From: Marsupella aquatica
Taxonomy: Eukaryota > Plantae > Marchantiophyta
DNA: 64,000 nt
Reading direction: 5' to 3'
Assembly (NCBI GenBank): GCA_973895155.1
Contig: OZ316891.1
Span: forward strand, 30,325,112 to 30,389,111
Shown here: positions 39,596 to 51,500 of the stretch, one piece after another
Layout: each line of letters opens with the position of its first letter
How positions within the stretch are numbered: position 1 is the first letter of the stretch
Notes under the pieces: model-generated
The model's database searches: none
What the model was told of the DNA's origin: nothing
Seen by the model: the letters and a program-made list of their open reading frames with translations, nothing else
Position numbers and translations under genes: made by a program

Positions 39596-42500
39596 TTATG
39601 TTGCTCCAGTGTAATAAGAAGGCAATGTTCCACCCCCTGCGCCTGTAGGCAGTCCAGCCTGCTGTTGTTGTTGCTGTGCTTGAAATGCTGACGCATATTG
39701 AGCGTACTGAGCAGGGTTGTACTGTGGAGCAGCTGTAGCATATGGTGTTGAGGCAGAAAGAGCAGCATAAGTAGGCTGTGTAGTGTAGGCGGCAAGTCCC
39801 GCATTGTAAGGGGAGAAGCCTAGAGCAGGCGCCTGTGGAGCCTGAACCTGTGGCCTTGGATATGCGGCGAGGTTGGGGTTTGCACTTGCATAGCCGGTTT
39901 GCACCTGTGAGCCGACCTGGACTTGTAAAGCGGAAGCTTGGGCTTGTGCTTTCTCTTTTTGGCCTTCTGCTGCAAGCTTGACGATCACATGCCTTCCCTG
40001 GAGATCGGACAGATTAAGTGTCAAGGCCCACATACAGACAATTACCGTCAAAAAGGCTAGCCTTCACACAACCCACTTGTTCATTGATCGTGCTTGGATA
40101 TCGCAGAGAAGTTTTGACCAGGATGCTAATGGAAATGACCAGATAAACTCGATGTCAGAATGATGAGAGAAACACCAGTAGCACATATAGTCCACTTGTG
40201 CTGCAGCGCTCATCATCATCAGCTGGTGCACAGTGTCATGACCAGGATAGAGAAGATTTGAAACAAACTTACTTCAATATTCTTATTTGGATCATCCATG
40301 GCGCGCTTTGCTGACTCTAGCGTCTTAAATGTGACGAAGGCAAATCCTCTGCAACCGGCATAAAGCAAGTAAGCATCAGAATCTATTCCATCATGACAGG
40401 TGGCGACGTCTTCAGACATGAAAAGACGTCGAAGTGAAACAGATTTCCACTACAACCATGCTAGCAAAATAGACGCCAACATCTACTTACCAACACGAAA
40501 AGCTCACTTACCGAACTGCCAAATCCTATGACTGCAATTTCCAAGACAGTACATTCACAAGAAACTGTCCTTGCATCGCCAATCAATTACCTTGACTTGT
40601 TGGTATTCTTGTCATAGGCGACTGCACCTTCTTCTATCTCTCCATATTGAGAGAAAATGTTCAAAAGAGTATCACTGGACGTCTCAAAAGATAATCCACC
40701 TATGTACAGCTTTCTCTGGGCCTGATCAGTAGCGACAGTTGTGCTGCCGCTTGATGCCAAGTTACACACTGTGATACGGCCCTGGTGGACAATGCAGATC
40801 AAACTTGTATTGAGTACAAATTTCACCCACAAATTCTCTTCCTTAACATAGTACGATTGCCATATTCCCAAAATACTCGTGTATACAAGCCACATTTACC
40901 CCTTATTTAACAAAGCTTTGTTTAAGTTTGCTGCTTACGAACTACTTTGCCTACTTGCCAATACCATATCTGAAGGGACACTGGGACTCACATCAATATT
41001 CTTGCTCGGTTCTTTCAGAGCACGCTGGGCCGAGTCCATGTGCTTAAATGTGATAAACCCAAAACCTCTGGATTTTCCTGAAGCCTTGTCAGTGATAACC
41101 GCGCCTTCCTCAATCTCTCCATACTGTTCAAAGGCCTGACCACGAGACAAGGACACAGCACACAAGGCACAACTCTAATATTAGGCATAACTCCAAGAAA
41201 ATTTGTCAGAGACAACTTACTCCTGCTAAACCCTGCTCACCCTATTGTCCAGCGTCACAACAACACCGCACCTTGGATATAGCACCTGACTCCAGAGAAT
41301 CTTACATTGGTAGGGTAGCACGAGTCCCACAACACTGCAAACCGGTTCATAAGACCGAGGGAAACCAGGAACGTACACAACATTCAACAGGAAGTCGGTG
41401 TCTGAGCGACAATTAACAGCAATCATACCAGGAATACCCTGATAGGACCAAGTCATAAAGTCAAAATCAGGTTCCGTTCAGACGATGATCCATTGGACCA
41501 CTCGCCCTCACATTTCCTCTGGCCCTAATTAATTACCTTTCCCGAGAAAACGCGAGAAAATGAAAATGAGTTCTTCTTGAGGGGCCTCGTTGACGGTGAA
41601 TCGTGAGGATAAGGTAAATTCTAGGGAAGCATAACTTGTGCAGAAGTACTTTCATTATCTTTGAGACCTGAGGGAGATATGAGGGTAAGGATCCAAAGGA
41701 ATCTAGCCCTCAACCTGGCAAGATTCTGGCCAATGAAAGAAAGGTCTGTTTATCTCCGCTATCTTCTCAAAAAAAATCAACACACAATCAGGCAGGCAAT
41801 CCATGGACTCACTTCACGCAGAGCCTGTGAAGAAGTCTCCCAAGCCAGGCCACGCACAAACAGCTTCCGATGAGCAGGGTCCTTGCTTGCAACATCTCTT
41901 ATATCATCAGCAACCGCAGAAAATTGAGAAGCTCTGCAGAATACCAGCCAACATCCAACCACGCGCATCCCCAGTCAATCCAGTCATAACCGCCAAAGGT
42001 TCAGGACCAATCAAGCATTCGTCTATCAGCTTCCACAATAACAGAAATGAAGGCAAGCAATAAAATCAATGAGTCAGCCATATTTGCTGGACGGAGCAGG
42101 GCACACATGCAGGCATTTACACAAATCAACTGCACACATACAGGATGATTAGTTCCCACGCTGTCCATCTTCTTCAGATATCTGGAAGATTATCGATGGA
42201 CATACCTCGATTTAAATAGGAAGATACTGAAACAAACTACATGTTAATGAAGATGGAAGAGTTTAGCCCTCATCAAGTGAATCGTCTGGTTCATGGTGAG
42301 GGTACCCAAACTACAGTCCATTACTGCGGAGTCTGCAAGATCTGCATCAATGTGAACGTGGACAGCGAAACAACCTCAATTCCCTCAGATTTGGGTTTTA
42401 ACCAAAGCTGAACTCAGAGCTGAGGCCACTCTTTCCAAGTTACAGCATTGCAAAACCCCTAGAACACAGGGCAGCTGGGCAAACCCTCCCAAAACACAGT

Positions 42501-43487
42501 TACGGCTACAACTAGCAGCAAACGTTAAGGCATTTGAATCTCTAGACATACCTAGACATCACATGATATCCTGCACGACCTTTAGAAGTTTGTCACGTGA
42601 CCCCAGTTTGTCCAACCGCATTCTCTGTTATATTTGATTGCTCGGCCGATCCTGAAGGAAAATTTGCAGGTTGTTCTCTCAATCAGAGCCGTGGCTTTTC
42701 CAAATGCCCTTCCCTTTGTTATTTCTTTTTGTTATATACTAACAGATAGCTCCCTCACATAGATTGCAGATTAGACCCAATTGAAGGTATGGACTCGAAT
42801 AAGGGTTTCCCACAAGTCGAAGGCAGGCCACAGTGAAAGCAGAGCTATAAGAAGGAATCTGAACACTTGTGTAGGCTGGACAAATGAGATCCTCTTCACA
42901 ACCGAGCTGATCACCAGCTCAGCATTTCTTTCCGCCCAACCTTCAATGAGAAGGTAACGAAATATATCACGATTGACATAGGCCACAGGTTCAGGTTTCC
43001 AGATACGAAAGAAGAAAAAAATATAAGAGAAACCTCCAGCATTACACAGATGAATGGAGGGGAGGGAGCAGGAGGCCACCAATAAACGATGTCAGGGATG
43101 CTTTCCAAAATTTTAAGTGAAAAATCAAAGGCAGCTCACCATCCTCGGAAAAGAGCACCGTACATTTCCGAACACTATGTAACCAAGAGATCTTACAGGG
43201 AAGTGGGAGTAATGCGGGAAATAGAACAAATTTTATGACGACTTAAGAGGATGCATGAACAGAAGGATGGGTGGATACATGGATGGATGCATGGATGCTA
43301 AAACTTACGCATCGGCAAGAAGCGCGATGAGCTGCTCCTTGTTGAGAGGCTCCAGCAACTTCTTCAGCTCCTCCGGAGTCAGAATTATGGAAGACCCGTT
43401 GCTGCTCTCGTTGAGCCTCCTCTTCTTGCTCTCGTCTCCGCCCACCACGTCCACCTTGTGCTCACCTGCTCCAGTACTTCCCTCCAT
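39596..43487 (-). CDS. UBA2: UBP1-associated protein 2 (UBA2-like) two-RRM RNA-binding protein, 6 exons
   Basis: Exon 1 has [23 protein letters not shown]1 reads [48 protein letters not shown]2 reads [22 protein letters not shown]. The tail is Ala/Gln/Tyr-rich and stops at 39598-39596. Confidence 0.92.
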
Positions 43488-44049
43488 TCCCTTCTTCTCC
43501 TTTCCTTCTCTTTGCTCTCCTTTGCTCGCTCAGTCTCCTCTCCACTCCTCTCCTCTCTTCTCCTCTCCTCTCCGCTTCTCACCTCTGCGCCTACAACAGT
43601 GGCAACCTAGCTAGCTGAGATTACAGAGAGGGCGTTGGCAGAAGAGCAGATTGGAGGCGAAGGGAGGAGTAATAGAGGCAGAGAAAGAAAGAAAGCTCAG
43701 CAATATAGCAATAGCAGCGCCGGATTGGAATGTGGAAAACTCAGGTGGTGGGGGTGGTACTGCGTCGAATGCACGGGAGTCCATGAAATCAAGTCATGGG
43801 GAGATAGTACAAAATAGGATTGCGAATGCTGGGTCGGAGGGAGAGCTTCTGAAAAACGAATCGGGCCGGGGTGATGGTGATGGTGAAGGCGATCGATCAC
43901 AGGTGGGTGGAATTGTGCAAAGCACGGCTGAAGCTGATGAGCCCACAAAATGGCAGCTGAAGAGTACAGGAGAGGAGAGAATACTCGGAAGAGACGAGGA
44001 GAGGAAAAATGCTCGAGGAAGAGAGTGAGCTGCAAAGTGAGTTCGGACT

Positions 44050-44929
44050 CACTCATGCTGACTACAGTGAGCAGTTCGAACTCTCATGCTCTCGAGTTCG
44101 GACCCGAGAGCATGACAGAGTACAGTGTGCTGTCCAGTTCGAACCCGAGAGCATGAGAGAGTCCAGTGTGCTGTCCAGTTCGAACTCTCATGCTTTCTAG
44201 CTCGAACCCGAGAGCATGAGAAAGTACAGAGTGTTGTCCAGTTTGAACTCTCATGCTTTCGAGTTCGGACCCGGAGCATGAGAGAATACAGTGTGCTATC
44301 CAGTTCGAACTTGAGAGCATGAGAGAGTCCAGTGCGCTGTCCAGTTTGAACTCTCATGCTTTCAAGCTCAAACCCGAGAGCATGAGAAAGTACCAAGTGC
44401 TGTCCAGTTTGAACTCTCATGCTCTCGAGTTCGGACCCAAGAGCATGAGAGAGTCCAGTGTGATGTCCAGTTCAAACTCTCATGCTTTCTAGTTTGAACC
44501 TGAGAGCATGAGAGAGTCCAGTGTGCTGTCCAGTTCGAACTCTCATGCTTTTTAGTTCGAACCCAAGAGTATGAGAAAGTACCGAGCAATGTCCAGTTCG
44601 AACTCTCATGATCTCAAGTTCGAACCCGAGAGCATGAGAGAGTCCAGTGTGATGTCCAGTTCAAACTCTCATGCTTTCTAGTTCAAACCCAAGAGCATGA
44701 GAGAGTATGGTGTGCTGTCCAGTTTGAACTCTCATGCTTTCAGTTCAAACCCACAAGCATGAGGGAGTACAGTGTGCTTTCAAGTTCGAACCCAAGAGCA
44801 TGAGAGAGTACAGTGTGCTGTCCAGTTCAAACTATCATGCTTTCAAGTTCAAAACCCAAGTGCATGAAAGAGCCCATAGCGCTTTCCATTTGAACTCTCA
44901 TGCTTTGAAGTTCAAACCCAAGAGCAAGA
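44050..44929. repeat. 63-bp palindromic satellite, block 1 (with 40-bp variant units)
   Basis: Unit CCAGTTYGAACTCTCATGCTCTCGAGTTCGGACCCGAGAGCATGAGAGAGTCCAGTGTGCTGT, with period 63 (44341, 44404, 44467). Confidence 0.93.
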
Positions 44930-45272
44930 TGTTGAGCATAGACGACAATCGCAACAATAAGCACATAACACATCCAATGCGCAAGTAGTCAACACAAGAG
45001 ATATGTGGTTCACCTCCTCGAGGCTACGTCCACGTGAACACACAAGAGAGCTTTACTAAACTCTAAGCTCGTCGGCTATACCAAGTCTCCACAGTGTAAG
45101 CTCTCTTCATCTCTCAAGTGGCTCAGTAACAATGAGCCTAAGTTCCACTTATCCAAGAAAACACAGTTTAGTATATAGTGTGCATCCTAGTTAACCTAAC
45201 CACGTCTCCGACTAAAGTTAGCCTAACTATGGTTACATGTCGAAACCCTAGACCTTGAGTAAATACCTAACA
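44930..45272. mobile_element. Solo LTR (343 bp) inserted in the satellite
   Basis: TGTT...AACA termini and a perfect 5-bp TSD CAAGA (44925-44929 and 45273-45277). Confidence 0.85.
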
Positions 45273-45944
45273 CAAGAGAGAGTATAGTGTGCTGTCCAGA
45301 TTAAACTCTTGAGGGTAAAGTGTATGGTCTACACTCTTCAGTGCAATTAGTCTTGGTAACACAATTTGTTTAGCCTAAAGTTTTTGAGTTTACTGTTCAA
45401 TAAACATTACCACACCACTGTTAATCATGGATTAACACTAACAGTGAGCTCATTAGGTAGTAGTAGTATAACAATAATTCACTTTATGCATAACACTATT
45501 TGAAGAGCTATGGTAATACTAATTCAACTCATGTATAACACTCTTTGGAGATTTTGCTTGGAGGCCACATTTCAAAAAGGACCACTTCATTCAAGCAACA
45601 GTCAAGAGAGTTCCAGTTCACAGAAAGATACAAAAGACATTGTTCCCTCACCTCTAAAAGTTAGGGAACAGATCCTGTTTCATGCACCCTTGATCACTAG
45701 AAAAAGAAAAGTTAGAGCTCGTGAAGAGAGCCTCTACAGGACTACACTACTTGCCAATGAATGTCAACACATATAAGGAGTAAGACTTGACAAATGTGAA
45801 TTCCAAACCAGAATACTCTAAGTAGCCCAAAATTTCACCACAACTAGTGTTATTTTCTATTGAAACCACTCTTAAATTAGAGTCACCAACATTAATTAGG
45901 GACAAACACCAATTCCAAGACTAATTATGGTGAGCAGTTGAGTT

Positions 45945-46240
45945 TGCACTTTCATGCTTTCAAGTTCAAACAACAAGGCATGAGAGAGTATGCTATATTG
46001 TAGCTCAAACTCTCATGCTCACAAGTTTGAGTCTGGGAGCATGATAGAGAGAGAGAGTATAGTGTGCTGTCTAGTTCAAACTCTCAGGCTCTCAAGTTTG
46101 AGCCCGAGAGCATGAGACAGTGTTCTGTTTAGTTTGAACTCTCATGCTCTCGATCATGAGCCTGAGAATGAGAGAGGACAGTGTGCTGTCTAGTTTGGAC
46201 TCTCATGCTCTCAAGTTCAAACCTGAGAGTATGAAAGAGT
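45945..46240. repeat. 63-bp palindromic satellite, block 2 (more diverged)
   Basis: Same CTCTCATGCTCTC...GAGAGCATGAGA units as block 1. Confidence 0.85.
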
Positions 46241-46322
46241 GTGTTATTGACCTACTCTAGTTTGAACAAACTCAAAGAGCCCCGTTTGAAGTGACAGGCA
46301 ACTTGCCGAGTTGTCGGCACGT

Positions 46323-46721
46323 CAACTCATCACTTGACGGGTGGAAATCGATCCTTATGTCGGATATTCCCTGTTATTCCCCAGCCCGGCCCTCCCCGTC
46401 CCTGTCCCTTACCTTGCCCTGCCCTGCCCCGGACCCGGCCTGACCTGGGTCCGTGGTTGAGTCCGTGGAAGGGCCAGGTCCGGGAGTACCCGGTTGGAAC
46501 TGACAGAAAGGCCAGGTTGGGCTGGTTGGGTACGGGGAGGTTGGGTATGGGGAGGCCGGCAGGGCCAACCCGGACCGGGTGGAGTAAACAGGGCCGGGCC
46601 AGGTCGGGCCGTGCCAGGAGTGATGTCAGGAGCTGCAAGGAAGGGCCGGCTCGGGCCTGGCCAGAACAGGAAGGGACGGGAAGTCAAGATCGGGCAGCCC
46701 GGACGTTCCGGGTGATGAGTT
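46323..46721. mobile_element. GC-rich foldback/TIR element
   Basis: Inverted ends CAACTCATCAC and GTGATGAGTTG. The left half is C-rich and the right half G-rich, with GGGCCGG motifs. Confidence 0.45.
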
Positions 46722-47178
46722 GTTGGTTGACAGACTCTAAAGCCTCTATTTGTTGGGCAAGTCCAAACCGGGTCAAAGAGGTTGTTTGCATGGCTTGAGT
46801 CTTAGGGGTGCCTAGAAATCCTTTCAACTCATGATCAGACTCACAGTATGTGATAATGCTTTCTTGGCAATCATGCTTTTGCACTGGCAATCTCACCAAG
46901 TGATAATTGATTTTGAGTCTGCATGGTTATCATGACAATCATATAATATTGTAACTTTAGTGTATCAAAAACATGTAAGTCACCAAATGCAGAAATATAC
47001 ACACTGAAATGTATATATATGCAATGGAGGTGTAAACATCTATAAAGGCATGATAGAAACAAGTCTACTGATATCTGAATGTAACCCAGTGGGATGCCAA
47101 GATTGGTCTGTTGCATCTAATAAATTATCGTCTAATTCCAAGTACAGTGAGAGACGAGCTATCTGAGGTGCTTTGCCT

Positions 47179-47890
47179 TGTCGTGACATATAGTATCATA
47201 ACCATAGTGTATCGAAAACATACAAGTCACTGGCAATGCATATGTGCAAGCTGCTAGCAACCAACATGCATAGAAAAGTCCAATCACATTCACAAGTGCC
47301 AAGAAAAAGCAAATGAAGTGGTATGTACATAGTGGAGGTGTAAACCTTTGTATATAAAAGGCGTAAGAGAAACAATCGTACTAAAATTGAATTGAAAACC
47401 GGCGGGATGCCAAGATCGGCCGGGAGCATCTAACGAATCACTGTGTGAATCCCGTGTACGGAACTGACGAGCACTGTCTGAGCTCTATCAACAGCAATTC
47501 AAGAAGAACTGAAAACCGACAAAGAGAAATACACCCTAAATAGATCAAGTCAAGGCGTCACACTAACAAGCACGTTTTGCTTCAAGAACGGCCCAGACTT
47601 GCTACAAGAACATGACACTAACTCAAGTAGTACACTAGCCCTAACTACATACCTAGCGGGCATGCGAGGGACATGCCGATGTGCACAAGCGACACTGTCC
47701 CTCGGCATGACAGCTATCGTGACATATAGTATCATAGCCATAGTGTATCGAAAACATACAAGTCACTGGCAATGCATATGTGCAAGCTGCTAGCAACCAA
47801 CATGCATAGAAAAAGTCCAATCACATTCACAAGTGCCAAGAAAAAGCAAATGAAGTGGTATGTACGTAGTGGAGGTGTAAACCTCTGTAT
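47179..47890 (-). repeat. 3' repeat block B1-gc-A2-B2 of the retroelement
   Basis: 47179-47352 is near-identical to 47715-47890, and 47353-47712 is near-identical to 52926-53284. Confidence 0.92.
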
Positions 47891-47929
47891 CCCCCCCAGA
47901 CCACAGCCAAAAGGAGGGCTGAAGAAAAT

Positions 47930-50900
47930 TCAGGTAGCACGTGGAGCACAGGAAGGGCAAAACCATAACCCTTCTGGCACCTGGGTAAGTTCAGGCCAAA
48001 GGCAGGAAAGATGGTACCCTCCATTGCAATTGTCACACAACAGCATCTGGTCAGCATCATCAATTCGCAAACACACTTTGCAAGGGTAGTCCACAGGTGG
48101 AATCCAGGTAGAAGTCACAATGGTGGGATCCAGGTTAGGCAGATGACAAGGGGCGCAATTCTTGGCATTGTCAGCAATTGTGCGCCCATCTGCCCCTTGT
48201 AACTCTAGCACTCCAGACGATCGAATAGCTTTAACCCTGAGAATAGTATGACTGGTAGAGGTGTCCAGGGTGTCGTTAGCTTGCCGCTGCAAGTACATGA
48301 AATCTCCCACATCAAACTTCCTGACCTTGGGCTGAAAAGTGCCCCCTCGTGTGTGTGCATAACGCAATGTGTCCCTATGATGTGCAATGGCCAAATTCTC
48401 CATGGCCATGGGCATAACCCTCCTGAATAGGGCAGCCCTCTCAGAGATCACATCAGACCAAGTCACAGCTGAATCCAAGTCCACCACCTGAAGCATGTGA
48501 GCAGCAATAGCAGAAGGTGGAACTAGGTGACGACCAAACAACAAGAAGCAAGGAGAAAAGTTAGACAATGACGCATGTCTGGACATCCTATACCCCATGG
48601 CAATGTAGGGTAAGGCCAGGTCCCAATCCTCCTTGTTTTTGGTGAGGCAGATCTTCCGGAGGCCCTTCTTGCATGTCTGAACCATGCGCTCTGCCAAGCC
48701 ATCTGCATGTGGGTGATCTCGTGATGTCCGGCGATGATCAATGAGGGCCTGATCAAGCAGCTCCTGGAACTCTCCTCTAAACTCTGAGCCCTGGTCAGTG
48801 AGACATTCTGCACAAGCTCCAAGCGGCTGAGAACTTGTTGCAGGAATGCTTGGCTGGTGCTACGGGAGGTCTTATCCGGCAATGCCACAAGTTCTATCCA
48901 CTTGGAGAAATGCTCTATCATGATCATGATGTAGAGATTACCCCGAGACGTGAGGGGTAATTCTCCAGCCAAATCACATGACCAGCGATAAAACATGCCC
49001 TGAATAGGGAGTGGATGAAGTGTGGGTTGCCGAGATGTGAAAGAAGTCCTCACCCTATCACACTGTTCACACCGGGCAATAACATCTCGAACCTGGCCAT
49101 GCATGCCTCTCCAATGATAATGAGGGACCAAGAGGCTGTAAGTCCTCTTAACGCCAAAATGACCAAGCTCAGAATGTACCTGACGGATAAGGCCAACCCT
49201 CTCATGAATGGGTGGAACCACCACTGCCCTGTCTGGCAAGCAACGCACGAGATGATCTCCCTTCCACAAGTAACGCTTGGACCTTTGCTTAATTCGGTCT
49301 CTCTGGGTTGCAGTAACATGTATGGGGTACTCCCCATGCTGCAAAAATCTCAGAGTGTCGCTGTCCTCCCATATGTCCACCACGGGTTGGTCAACAACGT
49401 AGCATGGCAGCAAAGCAAGATAGGTAGATGCATGAAATGTAGGCAGGATGGAAACCTGGTCAAAATCCTGCCGCGCATCTGAGGAATCATCAGAGGCAAT
49501 CAAAGGGCTGCGGGACATAGTGTCAGCATTTTGATGTGTCACACCAGGCCTATGAATTACCTCAAAATCATACTCCTGGAGTATGAGCGCCCAACGAGCA
49601 AGCTTGCCAGTAAGCTTGTCGTTGGTCATCAACCACTTCAAGGGCTGGTGGTTTGTGTAGAGAACAAACCTGGTCCCATAGAGGTAGGGCCTGTAATGTA
49701 TGACAGCCCACACAACAGCAAGGCATTCACCCTCATAAGAAGAATAATGACTCTCTGCCTGATTGTTGCTCCTGGATGCATATGCAATGACGTACTCTTT
49801 ACCTTCCTCATCATGTTGGCCCAGAATGGCACCAATCCCAAGGGCACTCCAATCTGTGTGTAGCACAAAGACCTTGCTGAAACTAGGTCTTCTCAGCACC
49901 GGGTATTCTAAGAGCTTCTCCTTCAAAGTGGCAAATGCTGCCTCAGCATCTGTACTCCATGTCCAAGTCACATTCTTTTCAACAAAGCATACAATGGGTG
50001 TGCAATGGTACTGAAATCTTTGATGTAGATCCGGTAGTAATTGCACAACCCAATAAAGCTCCTAAGAGTGTGAACATCAGTAGGAGTGGACATTTCCAAG
50101 ATGGATACCACCTTGGCCCAGTGAGCCATAGTTCCATTTGGAAGAATGCGATGCCCAAGATATACTACTGATCTGACAGCAAATTCACACTCTTGGGGTG
50201 TATCTTTAGGTTCACCTTCTTAAGCCTCATGAATAGCTCCTCAAGGTCAAGTAGATGCTGGTCAAATCCTTTGTTGTGGACCAACACATCATCAATGTAG
50301 CATTTCAGAAACTCAGCACCTTGAAGAACCTAGTCCATGACTCTTTGAAAGAATATGGGCGCATTCTTCAAGCCAAATGGCATCACCAACCACTCCCATA
50401 GTTGGTTACTACCATTGAAAGTTGTTTTCTTGCGATCCTTTGCAAGCAGCAAAATTTGGTTGAAGCCTTGCCTTAGATCCACAAGAGTGAAGATGTCTGA
50501 GTCTCCAATACTGTCAAATAGCTCCTCTGGCCGCTGCCAGGTTCAATGGCCTGTAGTCCCCACACATGCGCTTCTCTGTCCACAATCCACTGGAATCCTT
50601 CTTTGCTGGCATCATTGTAGCTGCTGCAAAATCTGATGTAGATGGCTGAATAAGACCAGCTTCGTAGAGCTCTTGGCACCTCTCATCCACCAGCTGCCAC
50701 TCATGCTTACTCAAACGGTGTCTCCGCCTAAAGATAGGTGTTTCATCAGCCAACTCAATGGAGAACTGCATAGTCTTGCACTTACCCAAGTCCTTCATAG
50801 AGAAAGCAAACACGTTCTCATGCTTGAGGAGCAAATTCAGCAGCTGGTCCTTCTGTCTTTTACTCAGGTGGTTGCCCATGATGAATGTGTAGTTGGCAAC

Positions 50901-51500
50901 ACTAGGAATAGGACCTGATGTACTCATGCTTGAAGAGCCAGAAGTGCCAGCCTCTCCACTATCCAGGCTACTAGCATGTTGTTGATAAGGTGATGAGGCC
51001 TCTCCAAGGCTTGTTGTACTTGTTGCTCTGGTCTGATCCACACCATGAAACTCAGAAATAATGTCAGCCACATTACAAGGGACCTCCTCCCCCCCAACAC
51101 TTGGACTGAAGCGGTGAGTGTTGAATAGAGGTAAGTGCACCTGGTCTGGATGCCATGTAGCAGCACCATGGAGTGGTAGGGCTGGAAGTCCTGATGCTGG
51201 ATGAATGTACATCTGAAAAAGGATGCAAGTGACCAGAAGCCAAGTGAGAGCATTGAGATCCATTACCCTGCCAAGTAAAGCATTCCTGGCCAGCCTAGTG
51301 ATTTTGGTGTGACCTGTAGTACCGGGTTGGAAGCCCATAGCCCGTTCTCTCTCCTCAGGACTAGGTTCATCCCATGTACCGGTAGAATGTCGATAAACTA
51401 GGCCAGGACCATCACCCTGAAAAGCATGGGCACCTAGAAAGGACACAAATGTAGGCCAAGCAGCACGGGGCTGTCCAATGGTATTAGCTAGATTGACTGT
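47930..51500 (-). pseudogene. Gypsy pol pseudogene: C5-DNA-methyltransferase C-terminus, reverse transcriptase, RNase H, DDE integrase, PHD finger
   Basis: RT has RMCGDYRPLN, MPFGLKNAP and YIDD (50299-50288). RH has LHTDWSALGIGAIL...YEGECLAVVWAV. The integrase zinc finger is H..GH...CEQC and the core is WSCDL...EHFSKW...TDQGSEF...AERMVQT. The PHD finger lies at 48082-47948. Several frameshifts and stops are present. Confidence 0.93.

Noticed and set aside
43635-44028. Plus-strand ORFs upstream of the UBA2-like gene
   Set aside because: Purine-rich antisense of the pyrimidine-rich 5' UTR/promoter, with no domain evidence.
44050-44929. CRISPR-like array of palindromic repeats
   Set aside because: The sequence between palindromes is itself repeated (no unique spacers), there are no cas genes, and the context is eukaryotic. 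It is a satellite.
46330-46798. Overlapping Pro/Gly/Arg-rich ORFs on both strands
   Set aside because: These are artefacts of GC-rich repetitive sequence.
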